Below, in pieces: positions 23,322 through 31,976 of a stretch of DNA of 32,000 nucleotides. The notes below the pieces were generated by a model. That model was not told the origin of the DNA. It ran no database searches and saw only the letters and a list, made by a program, of their open reading frames with translations. The stretch comes from Candidatus Saccharimonadota bacterium (GTDB lineage Archaea > Nanohalarchaeota > Nanosalinia > Nanosalinales > Nanosalinaceae): positions 660,001 to 692,000 of the forward strand of contig NZ_CP180230.1 of NCBI RefSeq assembly GCF_047555085.1, read 5' to 3'. The stretch's first letter is position 1; the number at the start of each line of letters is the position of its first letter. Position numbers and translations under genes: made by a program.

Positions 23322-24904
23322 AAGCCAATCTCCTCCAGATTCTGTTCGATTTTTTCTTGAAGTTCGTTGGATTTCTGGAAGTTTTCCCGGAGGTCTGCAG
23401 AGAGTCGTTCCATTTTCTGCTCGAATGGTTCATCGTCCCCGTCCTTTTCTTTGACTCCTACGTATCGTCCGGGTGTGACGATGTAGCGGTTGTCAGCTAT
23501 GTCATCAGTTTCTGCTACTTTGCAGAATCCTTTCTCGTCTTCGTATTCGCCTGCTTCGTCTTGTCCTCTGTAGGCTCTAACTGTTTCTGCTATCTTGTTG
23601 ATGTGTTCGTCTTTGAGGACGTTCTGTGTCCTGTCTACGCTTTCGTACATTTCTCTGGCATCGATGAACAAGGTTTCGTTTTCTCTATCCCTGTACTGGT
23701 CTGTGTCTTTTCCTCTGCTGAGAACGAAGATACAGGCAGGAATTGAAGTTGTAAAGAATAATTCTTTTGGTAGGGCGATTACTGCGTCGAATAGGTCGTC
23801 TTCGATTATTTCTTCCCTGATTTCTCCTTCCTGTCCCTGTACGGACATCGCTCCGTTTGCCATTACTGTTGCAGCCATCCCATCATCTTCGTCCAAATGG
23901 TTAATCATATGCTGCATAAAAGCATAGTTGGCATTGTTGCTTGGAGGCATTCCGTATTTGAACCGTGGATCATCATCAGGAATTGTGCTTTTACCCCAGT
24001 CTTCCATATTGAAAGGCGGATTCGTTATGATTCGATCTGCTTTCAGACCTTGATGTTGGTCATCTCTGATGCTATCACCGAGTTTGATTTCTCCGTCCAT
24101 TCCTCGAAGCAGCAGGTTCATCTGGCAGATTTTCCACGTATCTTCCTTAATCTCCTGTCCGTAGATCGAGATGTTGCTGTCATCTTTTCCGTGTTCGTGC
24201 AGGAAGTTCTGGCTCTGGATAAACATTCCTCCTGAACCACAGAAAGGATCAAATAGTCTTCCTTCATATGGTTCGAGGATTTCGACCATCGTTTCTACTA
24301 CGCTTTTTGGAGTGTAGAACTCTCCCCCTTTGCTGCCTTCTTCTTTGGCGAACTTCTTGATGAAGTACTCATAGACTCTACCGAGTAGATCGTGATCCTC
24401 CTTGGCTTCTCCATTTTCATCTTTTCCATTTGAGAAGTCAAGATCTGCGAAAAGGTTGAGTAGTCCTTCTACGGAGTCTGTTGGTATTCGTGAGCGTTCG
24501 TATTTGGTTGGAAGCATTCCCTGTAGTTCAGGGTTTTCTTCCATTATGCCTCGCATCGCATCGTCGATTTTCTTTCCGATGTCTGGCTGTGTGGCGTTTT
24601 TGACGAGGTAGTCCCAGCGGCTTTGTTCCGGGACGAAGAATACGTTTTCTTTGTAGTATTCATCTTTGTCGTTTAGTATGTATTTTCTTTCTTCTTCGTC
24701 TTCTGTGTAGTAGTCCGAGTCTTCGTCTTTCATCAGTTCTTTGAGTTCTTGCTGTCTTTCTTCGAACGCATCGGACATATACTTCTGGAATAGAAGTCCT
24801 AAGACAATATCCCGGTATTCTGTGGAAGGTACTGGTCCTCTGAGTTTGGTTGCTGATTCCCAGAGCTTGTCTTCGAGTTCATTATCTCCGTTATCTAAAG
24901 CCAT
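23318..24904 (-). CDS. hsdM: Type I restriction-modification N6-adenine DNA methyltransferase subunit (HsdM)
   Basis: The 528-aa ORF has the HsdM_N pattern (LWESATKLRGPVPSTEYRDIVLGLLFQKY). It also has the SAM motif DPFCGSGGMF and the catalytic NPPF (IITNPPFN). Confidence 0.93.
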   Translation of the reverse strand: MALDNGDNELEDKLWESATKLRGPVPSTEYRDIVLGLLFQKYMSDAFEERQQELKELMKDEDSDYYTEDEEERKYILNDKDEYYKENVFFVPEQSRWDYLVKNATQPDIGKKIDDAMRGIMEENPELQGMLPTKYERSRIPTDSVEGLLNLFADLDFSNGKDENGEAKEDHDLLGRVYEYFIKKFAKEEGSKGGEFYTPKSVVETMVEILEPYEGRLFDPFCGSGGMFIQSQNFLHEHGKDDSNISIYGQEIKEDTWKICQMNLLLRGMDGEIKLGDSIRDDQHQGLKADRIITNPPFNMEDWGKSTIPDDDPRFKYGMPPSNNANYAFMQHMINHLDEDDGMAATVMANGAMSVQGQEGEIREEIIEDDLFDAVIALPKELFFTTSIPACIFVLSRGKDTDQYRDRENETLFIDAREMYESVDRTQNVLKDEHINKIAETVRAYRGQDEAGEYEDEKGFCKVAETDDIADNRYIVTPGRYVGVKEKDGDDEPFEQKMERLSADLRENFQKSNELQEKIEQNLEEIGF

Positions 24905-25000
24905 ATAATGTAATTAATTAAAGACAGACTTAACAAATTTCGTGGAATTATTCGAAAGAGAACATTAGCGACTTTAAATTGAGGCTCAACTACTTCAACT

Positions 25001-26014
25001 ATGACTGCTTCCAGAAATCAAATTATCTCGGATGCAAGAGTGTTGACAGCTGATTATTTGCCGAATAAACTTGTACATAGAGATGGGGAGAGGCAGGAGA
25101 TTGCAAGGAATTTGAGGCCTCTGATGGATGATGATATTCCTACGGATATGCTTCTTCACGGGCCTCCGGGCACAGGAAAGACAGCAATGGCGAAATACGT
25201 AGTAGAGGAATTACAGAAAGAGGTATTCGTCAATACCAGTTATGTCAACTGCTTCAGCCACAAATCAAGATTTGAGATCTTCTACGAATTACTAGATGAG
25301 AAACTGAAAGTTCCCAGAGACAGCACCTCCACAGAGAAAGTAATTGAAAAATTTGAAGAAAAGGTAAGGAAGAGGCCTACAATCATAATTATTGACGAAG
25401 TTGATCAGATAACGGAAGATGAAGTATTATACGAACTAAGTCGTTTCCAGAAGGCAGGCATCATCTTCATCGCCAATGATGCCAACACCTTCTCACATTT
25501 TGAGGATAGAGTAAGGTCCCGTATCAGTGGAGTAAATAGGATCCGGTTCAAGAGATACAGCAAACAACAGCTCACTGATATACTGAAGCTTCGAAGGAAG
25601 CACGGCCTGAGAGAAGACTCAGTAAAAACATCACAACTGAAGAAGATAGCTTCCAAAGCTGGTGGCGATGCAAGAGTCGCCGTAAACACGTTGCGCTTGG
25701 CGGCAAGAAAAGCTGAAAGCAAAGGCCTAGAAACAATAACAGATGAAATCATCAAAGATGCTGTTAATGATGCTTACGACGAGGAAGAGCTGGAGTCGCT
25801 GGAGCGCTTGAACAGCCATCAAAAGAAGGCCTACAAGCTCCTACAGGAAAACGGCCCTATGCAGATCGGAGAACTTTACGACAAATACGAAGACGACGTT
25901 AATGACAGTAAATCACGGAGACAACTACTCCGATACCTGAAGAAGATGGTGAGTTACAACATCCTTGAGACAGAAGGATCAAAAAGCTCCACAACATACA
26001 GTATAGCAGAATAG
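25001..26014 (+). CDS. orc1: Orc1/Cdc6 AAA+ replication initiator
   Basis: The 337-aa ORF has Walker A (HGPPGTGKTAMAKY), Walker B (IIIIDEVDQ), sensor-2-like GDARVAVNTLRLA and a C-terminal winged helix. Confidence 0.9.
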   Translation: MTASRNQIISDARVLTADYLPNKLVHRDGERQEIARNLRPLMDDDIPTDMLLHGPPGTGKTAMAKYVVEELQKEVFVNTSYVNCFSHKSRFEIFYELLDEKLKVPRDSTSTEKVIEKFEEKVRKRPTIIIIDEVDQITEDEVLYELSRFQKAGIIFIANDANTFSHFEDRVRSRISGVNRIRFKRYSKQQLTDILKLRRKHGLREDSVKTSQLKKIASKAGGDARVAVNTLRLAARKAESKGLETITDEIIKDAVNDAYDEEELESLERLNSHQKKAYKLLQENGPMQIGELYDKYEDDVNDSKSRRQLLRYLKKMVSYNILETEGSKSSTTYSIAE

Positions 26015-26026
26015 GCCTGAACTCCA

Positions 26027-26131
26027 ATGAGTCGAGAAGATGCTAAAAACTATCTCCTCTGGATTATTCTCATCGCTTTCATATTCGCTGTACCGTTCTT
26101 ATCAACTACTGTTCCTACACCTGCTACCTGA
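26027..26131 (+). CDS. Possible 34-aa single-pass membrane peptide
   Basis: This ORF is not in the track. It encodes MSREDAKNYLLWIILIAFIFAVPFLSTTVPTPAT and lies 12 nt after the orc1 stop. The only evidence is the ORF itself and its hydrophobic core. Confidence 0.25.
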   Translation: MSREDAKNYLLWIILIAFIFAVPFLSTTVPTPAT

Positions 26132-26223
26132 GTTACAGAACTCTTTCTACGACACTTACGACACCCGAGAAACGGCTTAAATAGGGTCTCTGCACCAACA
26201 TATACATACAGAAAGAGAAAGTC

Positions 26224-26958
26224 GTGAAGACTGGCCCTCACGACAAGTACGCCTCTGGGGAGGGGATCCTACCAATTTCTTTTTTAGAACAACAAAAGAC
26301 ACAGACCGTTGAAAGAGAATCCGCTGAGAAAGAAGTAATCCTGAAGACAAAACCAGATATAGTCACTGGCATCAATCACGTGAAGAAGGCAAGGGAGTTG
26401 CCTATATTTCAGGCCTTTCTAAGCTCAGAACTCCAAGGAAGCAACGCAAAAGCTGTATGGATAGATACCGGCAACGAGGCCTCCACTTACTCTCTCAGCG
26501 CACTAGGGAATCCACAGCTTTTGGAGCAGGTGGAGATAGGTAGAGCGTTCACAGTTTTCCAACACCATAACTTGATTCATCAACTTGACGAGTTCATTGG
26601 CGAAAATACAGATATCTTGGTGTTGCCGAATTTCGACGAATTGTACTTGGATGGACAGGTGAAGGAGTGGGAGGCTGAGGAGCTCTTCAAGGAAAGCTGG
26701 AAGAAAATCAGGGAGATACAAGAGGAGAAAGAGTTGAAAGTGCTGATCTCTTCCTCAGGGAACTCTAAGATGTCCCATATACTTGAAGCAGATTCCGATA
26801 ACAAGATCGAAGTTGATTCAACGAGTAGTGGCCTCAAATACAGCTCTGAAAACTATCAGCAGATGATGTATAAGGAACAAGGTTCTCTACAGACTACTTT
26901 GCCTTACTGGTCCAGAAAAAACCGTGAAGATGTCAAAGTAACCGCCAGAACGGTGTAG
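26224..26958 (+). CDS. Hypothetical protein with degenerate RecA/RadB-like core (no Walker A)
   Basis: The segment AKAVWIDTGNEASTYSLSALG...VEIGRAFTVFQHHNLIHQLDEFIGENTDILVLPNFDELY resembles the RadA/RadB region from the 'YIDTE' strand to Walker B. No GxxGxGKT is present. It starts with GTG. Confidence 0.5.
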   Translation: MKTGPHDKYASGEGILPISFLEQQKTQTVERESAEKEVILKTKPDIVTGINHVKKARELPIFQAFLSSELQGSNAKAVWIDTGNEASTYSLSALGNPQLLEQVEIGRAFTVFQHHNLIHQLDEFIGENTDILVLPNFDELYLDGQVKEWEAEELFKESWKKIREIQEEKELKVLISSSGNSKMSHILEADSDNKIEVDSTSSGLKYSSENYQQMMYKEQGSLQTTLPYWSRKNREDVKVTARTV

Positions 26959-26964
26959 AGAGTT

Positions 26965-27240
26965 ATGGGGCGTACGAATTCTACTTACAGGAATCATCTG
27001 GATAACTTTATAGATGGATTCAAGCCTTTCAGACAGGCCTTGAGAAAGGAAAACAAGCAGCATCTGGATTCTTTATGGGAGAAAGCGCATCAGTTTGCTC
27101 AAGCAGGCGCCTACTTGAACTCTAGTCAGCCAAGTCTTCCGGCCTTTATCTCGATGATGCTTGGTGTGCAGAAGGAGGCCTCTGAGAACAGAAAGCAGAT
27201 CGAAGAACTGAAGGAGAGAGTGGAGGAGTTGGAGAGTTAA
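26965..27240 (+). CDS. Small helical/coiled-coil protein
   Basis: The 91-aa ORF has a C-terminal heptad-like NRKQIEELKERVEELES. Its stop overlaps the polB ATG (TAATG at 27238-27242). Confidence 0.55.
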   Translation: MGRTNSTYRNHLDNFIDGFKPFRQALRKENKQHLDSLWEKAHQFAQAGAYLNSSQPSLPAFISMMLGVQKEASENRKQIEELKERVEELES

Positions 27241-29336
27241 TGGTTTTCAAGATCGATTTCATAGATGGCGAGACTGTATCTTGGACGAAGACTAAATCAG
27301 GTGTCGAAGCAACACGCCACAGAGAGTACCGGCCCCGGTTCTACTTGGAAGGAAGTAAGTCAAAGCTTCAGAAAGCACGTCCGTGGCTGTCACAGAAAGA
27401 CGGAGTGGTAGCTACCTCTTTCGAGCACTGGAAGCCTACACTATCGAAGCCAGAAAAAGAAGTACTCCGCATAGATGTGGAAGATAATGAAAAATTGAAA
27501 TCAACGGCATATAGATTAAAGAGGAACTTCGGTCGCTCCACATTCAAATTCTACAACGTAGGATTTTCACCGCAGTTCCGCTTCTGCCTTCAAAAAGAGA
27601 TTTGTCCGGTACCTGAAAACGATTTGAACAGAGTTGAACTCAGTCTACATCGGAGACATATCGCAGATCAAGATATATCGCAACTGAAACTGAACGGAGA
27701 ACAAGTTCAAGGAAGCGAAAAAGAGGTGCTTAGTACGCTTCAAAGTTACTGGGAGCGCAGGAATCCTGATATAATCTTAGTGAATCGTAGTCAAGTGCTG
27801 GAGCTTCTCAAGGATAAAATGTCTGAGTACAAGGTCTCTTTTCCGCTTGGACGGATCGACAAGTTTCAGCAACTTGCAGGAGAGAACACAGTCAGCAGCT
27901 ACGGCAGAACAGTACACAGTTCCGCAAGATACAATGTCCCCGGGAGAATAGTAATCGATAAATCAAACAGCTTCCTGCTAGGAGAAGCAACGATTGAAGG
28001 CCTCTGGGATCTTGTCAAGAGAAGCTACAGGCCTATGCAGGAACTAGCGTGGGGGAGCATCGGACGACTATTAACTAGTATCGAAGTCCGGAGAGCCTAT
28101 CTTGAAGAAGATACTTTGACGCCTTGGAAGAACTGGAGTGGTGAAAAACCGAAGAAGGCTTCTACACTGCACAAGGCTGATAGAGGAGGATTCATTTTCA
28201 ATCCAGAGCCCCGGATACATCGAGATGTTTACGAGGCAGACTTCGCAAGCTTGTTCCCCAACATAATGGTGGAGAAGAATATCAGTCCTGAAACGGTATG
28301 CTGCGACTGCTGTGACAATAATAGAACTCCAGAACTAGATTACAGTATCTGCGAGAAACAAAAGGGTTTCATATCGAAAGTATTGAGGCCTTTAGTAGAA
28401 GATCGTCAAGAGATGAAGGAAAAAGTAGATGACATAGAAGATGAAGAGGAACACCGATACATTCAGGGGAGTATAGATGCCATCAAATGGATACTCGTCT
28501 CTTGCTTCGGCTATATGGGTCACAGCCACGCCTCTTACGGTGCTATCAAATGCCATCAGGCTATTCAGGCCTTTGACAGAGACATAATGGTGAGAACAAA
28601 AGAAATGTTCGAAGAATCCGGATACGGCGTCTCTCACGGCATAATCGATAGTATCTGGGTGCAGGAAGAAGAAAACTCCCGAGATTTCGAGGACGTATGC
28701 GAACAGATTTCAGAGGAAATCGGTATCAAGCTGGAGCCAGAGTACAAGTTTGAATGGTGCGCTTTCGTGCCTCGTAGTGGTTCAGAGGCCGATATCGCCA
28801 CACTCAACAGATACTTCGGGAAGAAAGAGAACGGCGAGTTCAAGACAGCAGGCATAGAAACAGAACAGAGATCTACCTGTGAGTTCATCAAAGATGCACA
28901 GATGGAGATGATAAAGGCCTTAGATCAAACAATGTCGGCAGAAAGCGTAATACGTGTAGTCAAAAATCATATCGATATACTTGGAAGCAAGGAAGTAAAT
29001 CCCGAGGCCTTAGTAAAAGAAAAGAGAGTCTCCAAGCCACTAGAGGCCTATAAAGTAGAGAATCGCTCGGTATCAGCATTGAAAAGAGCGGAGCATCACG
29101 GTATTGAAATGAAGCCGGGCCAGTCTATCAACTTCATAGTGAAAGATGATGACGCAGATCCTATCGACAGAACACGACTGGACTTTGAAGCACAACAAGG
29201 AGATTACGATGCATTATTCTATACTACAGAACTGATACGAGCAGCGGAATCAATTCTATCGCCGCTTGGATTAGACAGAGAAGACATAAAGAGAAGGATA
29301 CACGGCGGAAATTCTAAACTGAGAACTTATATTTGA
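27240..29336 (+). CDS. polB: Divergent family-B DNA polymerase (PolB2-like) with degenerate exonuclease and partly degenerate polymerase motifs
   Basis: The archaeal PolB N-terminus is present (FKIDFIDGE...YRPRFYLEG). Motif A (DFASLFPNIM) is intact. Motif B reads KWILVSCFGYMG and motif C reads HGIIDSIWV, which keeps one Asp of DTD. The expected Exo I (FDIET) position reads VELSLH, and Exo II (NxxxFD) reads VNRSQVLELL. The KKRY/RGxxxRRD region reads GKKEN...AGIETEQRS. At 698 aa it is short for a replicative PolB. Confidence 0.8.
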   Translation: MVFKIDFIDGETVSWTKTKSGVEATRHREYRPRFYLEGSKSKLQKARPWLSQKDGVVATSFEHWKPTLSKPEKEVLRIDVEDNEKLKSTAYRLKRNFGRSTFKFYNVGFSPQFRFCLQKEICPVPENDLNRVELSLHRRHIADQDISQLKLNGEQVQGSEKEVLSTLQSYWERRNPDIILVNRSQVLELLKDKMSEYKVSFPLGRIDKFQQLAGENTVSSYGRTVHSSARYNVPGRIVIDKSNSFLLGEATIEGLWDLVKRSYRPMQELAWGSIGRLLTSIEVRRAYLEEDTLTPWKNWSGEKPKKASTLHKADRGGFIFNPEPRIHRDVYEADFASLFPNIMVEKNISPETVCCDCCDNNRTPELDYSICEKQKGFISKVLRPLVEDRQEMKEKVDDIEDEEEHRYIQGSIDAIKWILVSCFGYMGHSHASYGAIKCHQAIQAFDRDIMVRTKEMFEESGYGVSHGIIDSIWVQEEENSRDFEDVCEQISEEIGIKLEPEYKFEWCAFVPRSGSEADIATLNRYFGKKENGEFKTAGIETEQRSTCEFIKDAQMEMIKALDQTMSAESVIRVVKNHIDILGSKEVNPEALVKEKRVSKPLEAYKVENRSVSALKRAEHHGIEMKPGQSINFIVKDDDADPIDRTRLDFEAQQGDYDALFYTTELIRAAESILSPLGLDREDIKRRIHGGNSKLRTYI

Positions 29337-29485
29337 AAAAATGAGGCGTATAGCTGTATGTAAATTTGCATATTTACGCCAGTACCTAAGAGACGTGCTG
29401 AAACGCTTGAAAAACAATCTCCTATTTTTAATATATGGAAATCTAGGGGAATCTCGTAAAAGCTTGTAGTAAAATATTCCTATGT

Positions 29486-30157
29486 ATGATCGAAAGTATT
29501 CTTTCCTCTCTTTCGGGTTCAGTAAGTAATGTGCTTTTGATGATTTTCACAGGATTTCTGGCATTATTCTCACTCCTTCAATTTTGTTCGCTGAGGAAAC
29601 AAGAGGAAATATTAGAGAAAGAATACAAACCCGATCCAGAATTATATTTGGAAGAAAAAGACCGGCCTGTTCTTTGTATCCATAATAATGGTGGAAGTTC
29701 AGCAGTCCGGGTAGAAGTGGAATCTTACAACAACTCTGATGCCGATACCTACGAAATGGATGGAAGAACAGCTGAAATACCTGTAATAGAACCTATGGAG
29801 ACAGTGAAAGTAGAAATAATGCGTTTAAGCAAAGAAGACTCTCTCCTTAAAACACATCCTACGATTCACAAATATGTTGAGAAGGTAGGAGATGGAGACC
29901 TAGATCATTCGGATCTTAATATTACGATAGAAGTTGGCTATAAAGATTCTAGAGGAGAGCATCATATTGAAAGAAGAGAGTTCAATCTAATAGAAGATAT
30001 TTCCACAGAAAATGGAATAATCAGAGAAAAAGACCCTTATAGAGAAATAAGCTATCAATTGAGTGAGTTAGATGATGCTGTCAGGGGTGTAGGGAATGCC
30101 TTGGCGGAATTCAAAAGGTACGTACAGCGAAGAGATTCAGAAAGTTCTGAAAATTAG
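29486..30157 (+). CDS. N-terminally membrane-anchored hypothetical protein
   Basis: The 223-aa ORF has one TM segment (VLLMIFTGFLALFSLLQF) followed by a soluble domain that looks beta-rich. I recognised no family. Confidence 0.55.
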   Translation: MIESILSSLSGSVSNVLLMIFTGFLALFSLLQFCSLRKQEEILEKEYKPDPELYLEEKDRPVLCIHNNGGSSAVRVEVESYNNSDADTYEMDGRTAEIPVIEPMETVKVEIMRLSKEDSLLKTHPTIHKYVEKVGDGDLDHSDLNITIEVGYKDSRGEHHIERREFNLIEDISTENGIIREKDPYREISYQLSELDDAVRGVGNALAEFKRYVQRRDSESSEN

Positions 30158-30311
30158 ATATTTGGTAGATTTTAGCTCAACATATTTGGCTCTAAGCCGG
30201 AAGGCCTCTGGGAGCTTCCTGTTTTTCATACCTTAGAGAGAATTCCAGTACTCCGATAGATATAGTCCCTCCCTGTCAATATAGGAAGATTATCCTCTAT
30301 CAGATATTTTT

Positions 30312-30542
30312 ATGTCATTAGAATACTGCCCGAACTGTGGAGAAGATCTCACCCAGTACAGAAGTGAGGACGAGGAAGAAACCTCGATCTCGGATCTCGA
30401 TATGTCAAAGGAAGAAGTTAGAGCATTCCTCCATCTCGCCATAATGAAGCGTGAAAGAGCCGAGGAGCTGAACGAGAGAGTTGATAACGATAAGATACTC
30501 GAATGGAAAGACGCTATAGAGGAGAAAATAGAGAAAAAATAA
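30312..30542 (+). CDS. Small acidic protein with N-terminal CxxC motif
   Basis: The 76-aa ORF begins MSLEYCPNCGEDL and has a helical acidic tail. Only one CxxC pair is present, so the zinc-ribbon call is tentative. Confidence 0.45.
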   Translation: MSLEYCPNCGEDLTQYRSEDEEETSISDLDMSKEEVRAFLHLAIMKRERAEELNERVDNDKILEWKDAIEEKIEKK

Positions 30543-30554
30543 GGGAGTCGCCCG

Positions 30555-31976
30555 TCATATACTTCCCTTTAACTCCTCGATCACGCCTTTTTCTTCTATA
30601 TAATCACTTATTGCTTCCTCCAGCTTCTGTTTCTCTTCATATGCATCTCCTCCAGATTCGGATCTGTTGTGGCACTTTAACTCTTCGTCAGCTTCCTCTC
30701 CACAGTCTGGACAGTATTTCTGTAGGTCCGAAACCAGTTTTCCGCAACTACATTCCCACGGCTTCAAGCTGTTGTCATTGAACTTTCTCTCACTTTCAGT
30801 CAACTCTTCTCCGTAGTCTTCTCTTACACCTGCAAGAACACTCTCCTGCATTAATTCGATGTAGTGCTTAGGAGCATCTGAAGTCTTACTCCACCCAAAA
30901 AATGCTCGAAGAAAGTTCTCGTTTTTATCCTGTGCCGCCCAGTATAGGGCTCGAGCATCTCTCCAGAACCAGTGTGGCTTCTTCGTAAGTTGGTCAGGAA
31001 CTATATCTTCTCGTTTGGCCTGTTTCAAAATTCTCTGTAATACCTGTCTCATATCGTTTCCTGTCATAGGCTTCCTTCTTTTATCCGCCTCGGCCGCTTT
31101 ACCTTTCCAAGAGCAACCATCTCCCTGACAATGATACGTTCTCCGGTGGTATGCAGTATTCCTGTCAGCGTCTAAATCTTTGGTACCGCATTTCGGACAT
31201 CGATTCTCCTGATTATTCTGCTGGAAAACAGGTTCTGAAAGATCTGGATTTTCCCTATTTTGCAGCTGCTTCATAACGGGCATTGAGGCCCGTACAGGGA
31301 TTTCTCTTTCACCGCTTTTACCTCGAAGTGTTACATACATCTCGCTGCCATCGAATCTGATGTCCTTCCACTTAATCGGCTCTGGATGCTGGTGGTGGTC
31401 GGCTGTTTTACCCATTTCTCCTATCCTTGCTCCTGTTGCCCATCCGAAAAGTATCAGACAACGGTCACGAATGTTATTTGCCTGCTCTGCCACCAACTTG
31501 ACGTGTTCTGGAGTAGGCCGAGTATGGATGTCAATAGTAGTAGAAAGATCTACATTTACATCGAGGTCATCGACTAGTTCAGGGCCATCAAGCTCTTTGT
31601 TAAATCCTTTGCCCTGCTTCTTGATGAATTTGTTGTAGAAAACTCTTACAGCTTTCCAGAAATCATTCTTACTGTGGTCACTGTAACACTCTCCGTTCAT
31701 CTTCCTTAATCCATCAGTGTTCAATGCGTTGACGATCCCCTCAATATCTTTCTTTTCAGCTTGATCGAGAGGAAAGTCAATCAGTTCGGCGAGTCTGTTG
31801 AACCGGCTTGCATAATCTTTCAATGCAGTTTGTCCGGTCCCTTTGCTCCCCATCTTGCGGAAGAACTCGTTAAGGACTTGTTTGTTGTGATTGCTGATTT
31901 TAGAATTTTCAGAAAGTTTACGGTGGTTCTGTTCTACAGAGTCGAATGTCATATTGTCCGGTTCTTGGGTCGCCAT
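30555..31976 (-). CDS. int: Tyrosine recombinase/integrase with one internal and one C-terminal zinc-ribbon motif
   Basis: The 473-aa ORF has Arg-I in WATGARIGE, a beta-hairpin Lys region (LRGKSGEREIPV), PHWFWRDARALYW (H..R region) and FGWSKTSDAPKHY (W/H + catalytic Tyr). The Cys clusters are CPKCG...CQGDGC (inserted within the catalytic domain) and CSCG...CPDCG (C-terminal, after the catalytic Tyr). Confidence 0.8.
   Translation of the reverse strand: MATQEPDNMTFDSVEQNHRKLSENSKISNHNKQVLNEFFRKMGSKGTGQTALKDYASRFNRLAELIDFPLDQAEKKDIEGIVNALNTDGLRKMNGECYSDHSKNDFWKAVRVFYNKFIKKQGKGFNKELDGPELVDDLDVNVDLSTTIDIHTRPTPEHVKLVAEQANNIRDRCLILFGWATGARIGEMGKTADHHQHPEPIKWKDIRFDGSEMYVTLRGKSGEREIPVRASMPVMKQLQNRENPDLSEPVFQQNNQENRCPKCGTKDLDADRNTAYHRRTYHCQGDGCSWKGKAAEADKRRKPMTGNDMRQVLQRILKQAKREDIVPDQLTKKPHWFWRDARALYWAAQDKNENFLRAFFGWSKTSDAPKHYIELMQESVLAGVREDYGEELTESERKFNDNSLKPWECSCGKLVSDLQKYCPDCGEEADEELKCHNRSESGGDAYEEKQKLEEAISDYIEEKGVIEELKGSI

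Larger units (their letters stand above)
9503..25000. other. Accessory/defence island with composition distinct from flanking DNA
   Basis: The gene content is restriction, nuclease and plasmid-like genes. The AGGCCT hexamer, very dense in 1-9.5 kb and 25-29.4 kb, collapses here. Boundaries are approximate and no clean att repeats were found. Confidence 0.55.

Noticed and set aside
23224-24611. Plus-strand ORFs opposite hsdS/hsdM (76-148 aa)
   Set aside because: They are antisense to genes with unambiguous HsdS/HsdM motifs.
24941-24947. TTCCACG (minus sense) just upstream of orc1 as an origin recognition box
   Set aside because: This is only a 6-7-mer match to the boxes at 14.9-15.3 kb. Such a short string is expected many times by chance in 32 kb, and there is no G-string or AT-rich element beside it.
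26050-26241. 63-aa minus-strand ORF in the orc1-downstream spacer
   Set aside because: Its basic, Cys-containing composition is unlike the rest of the proteome. It overlaps the likely promoter and start of the 26224 gene.
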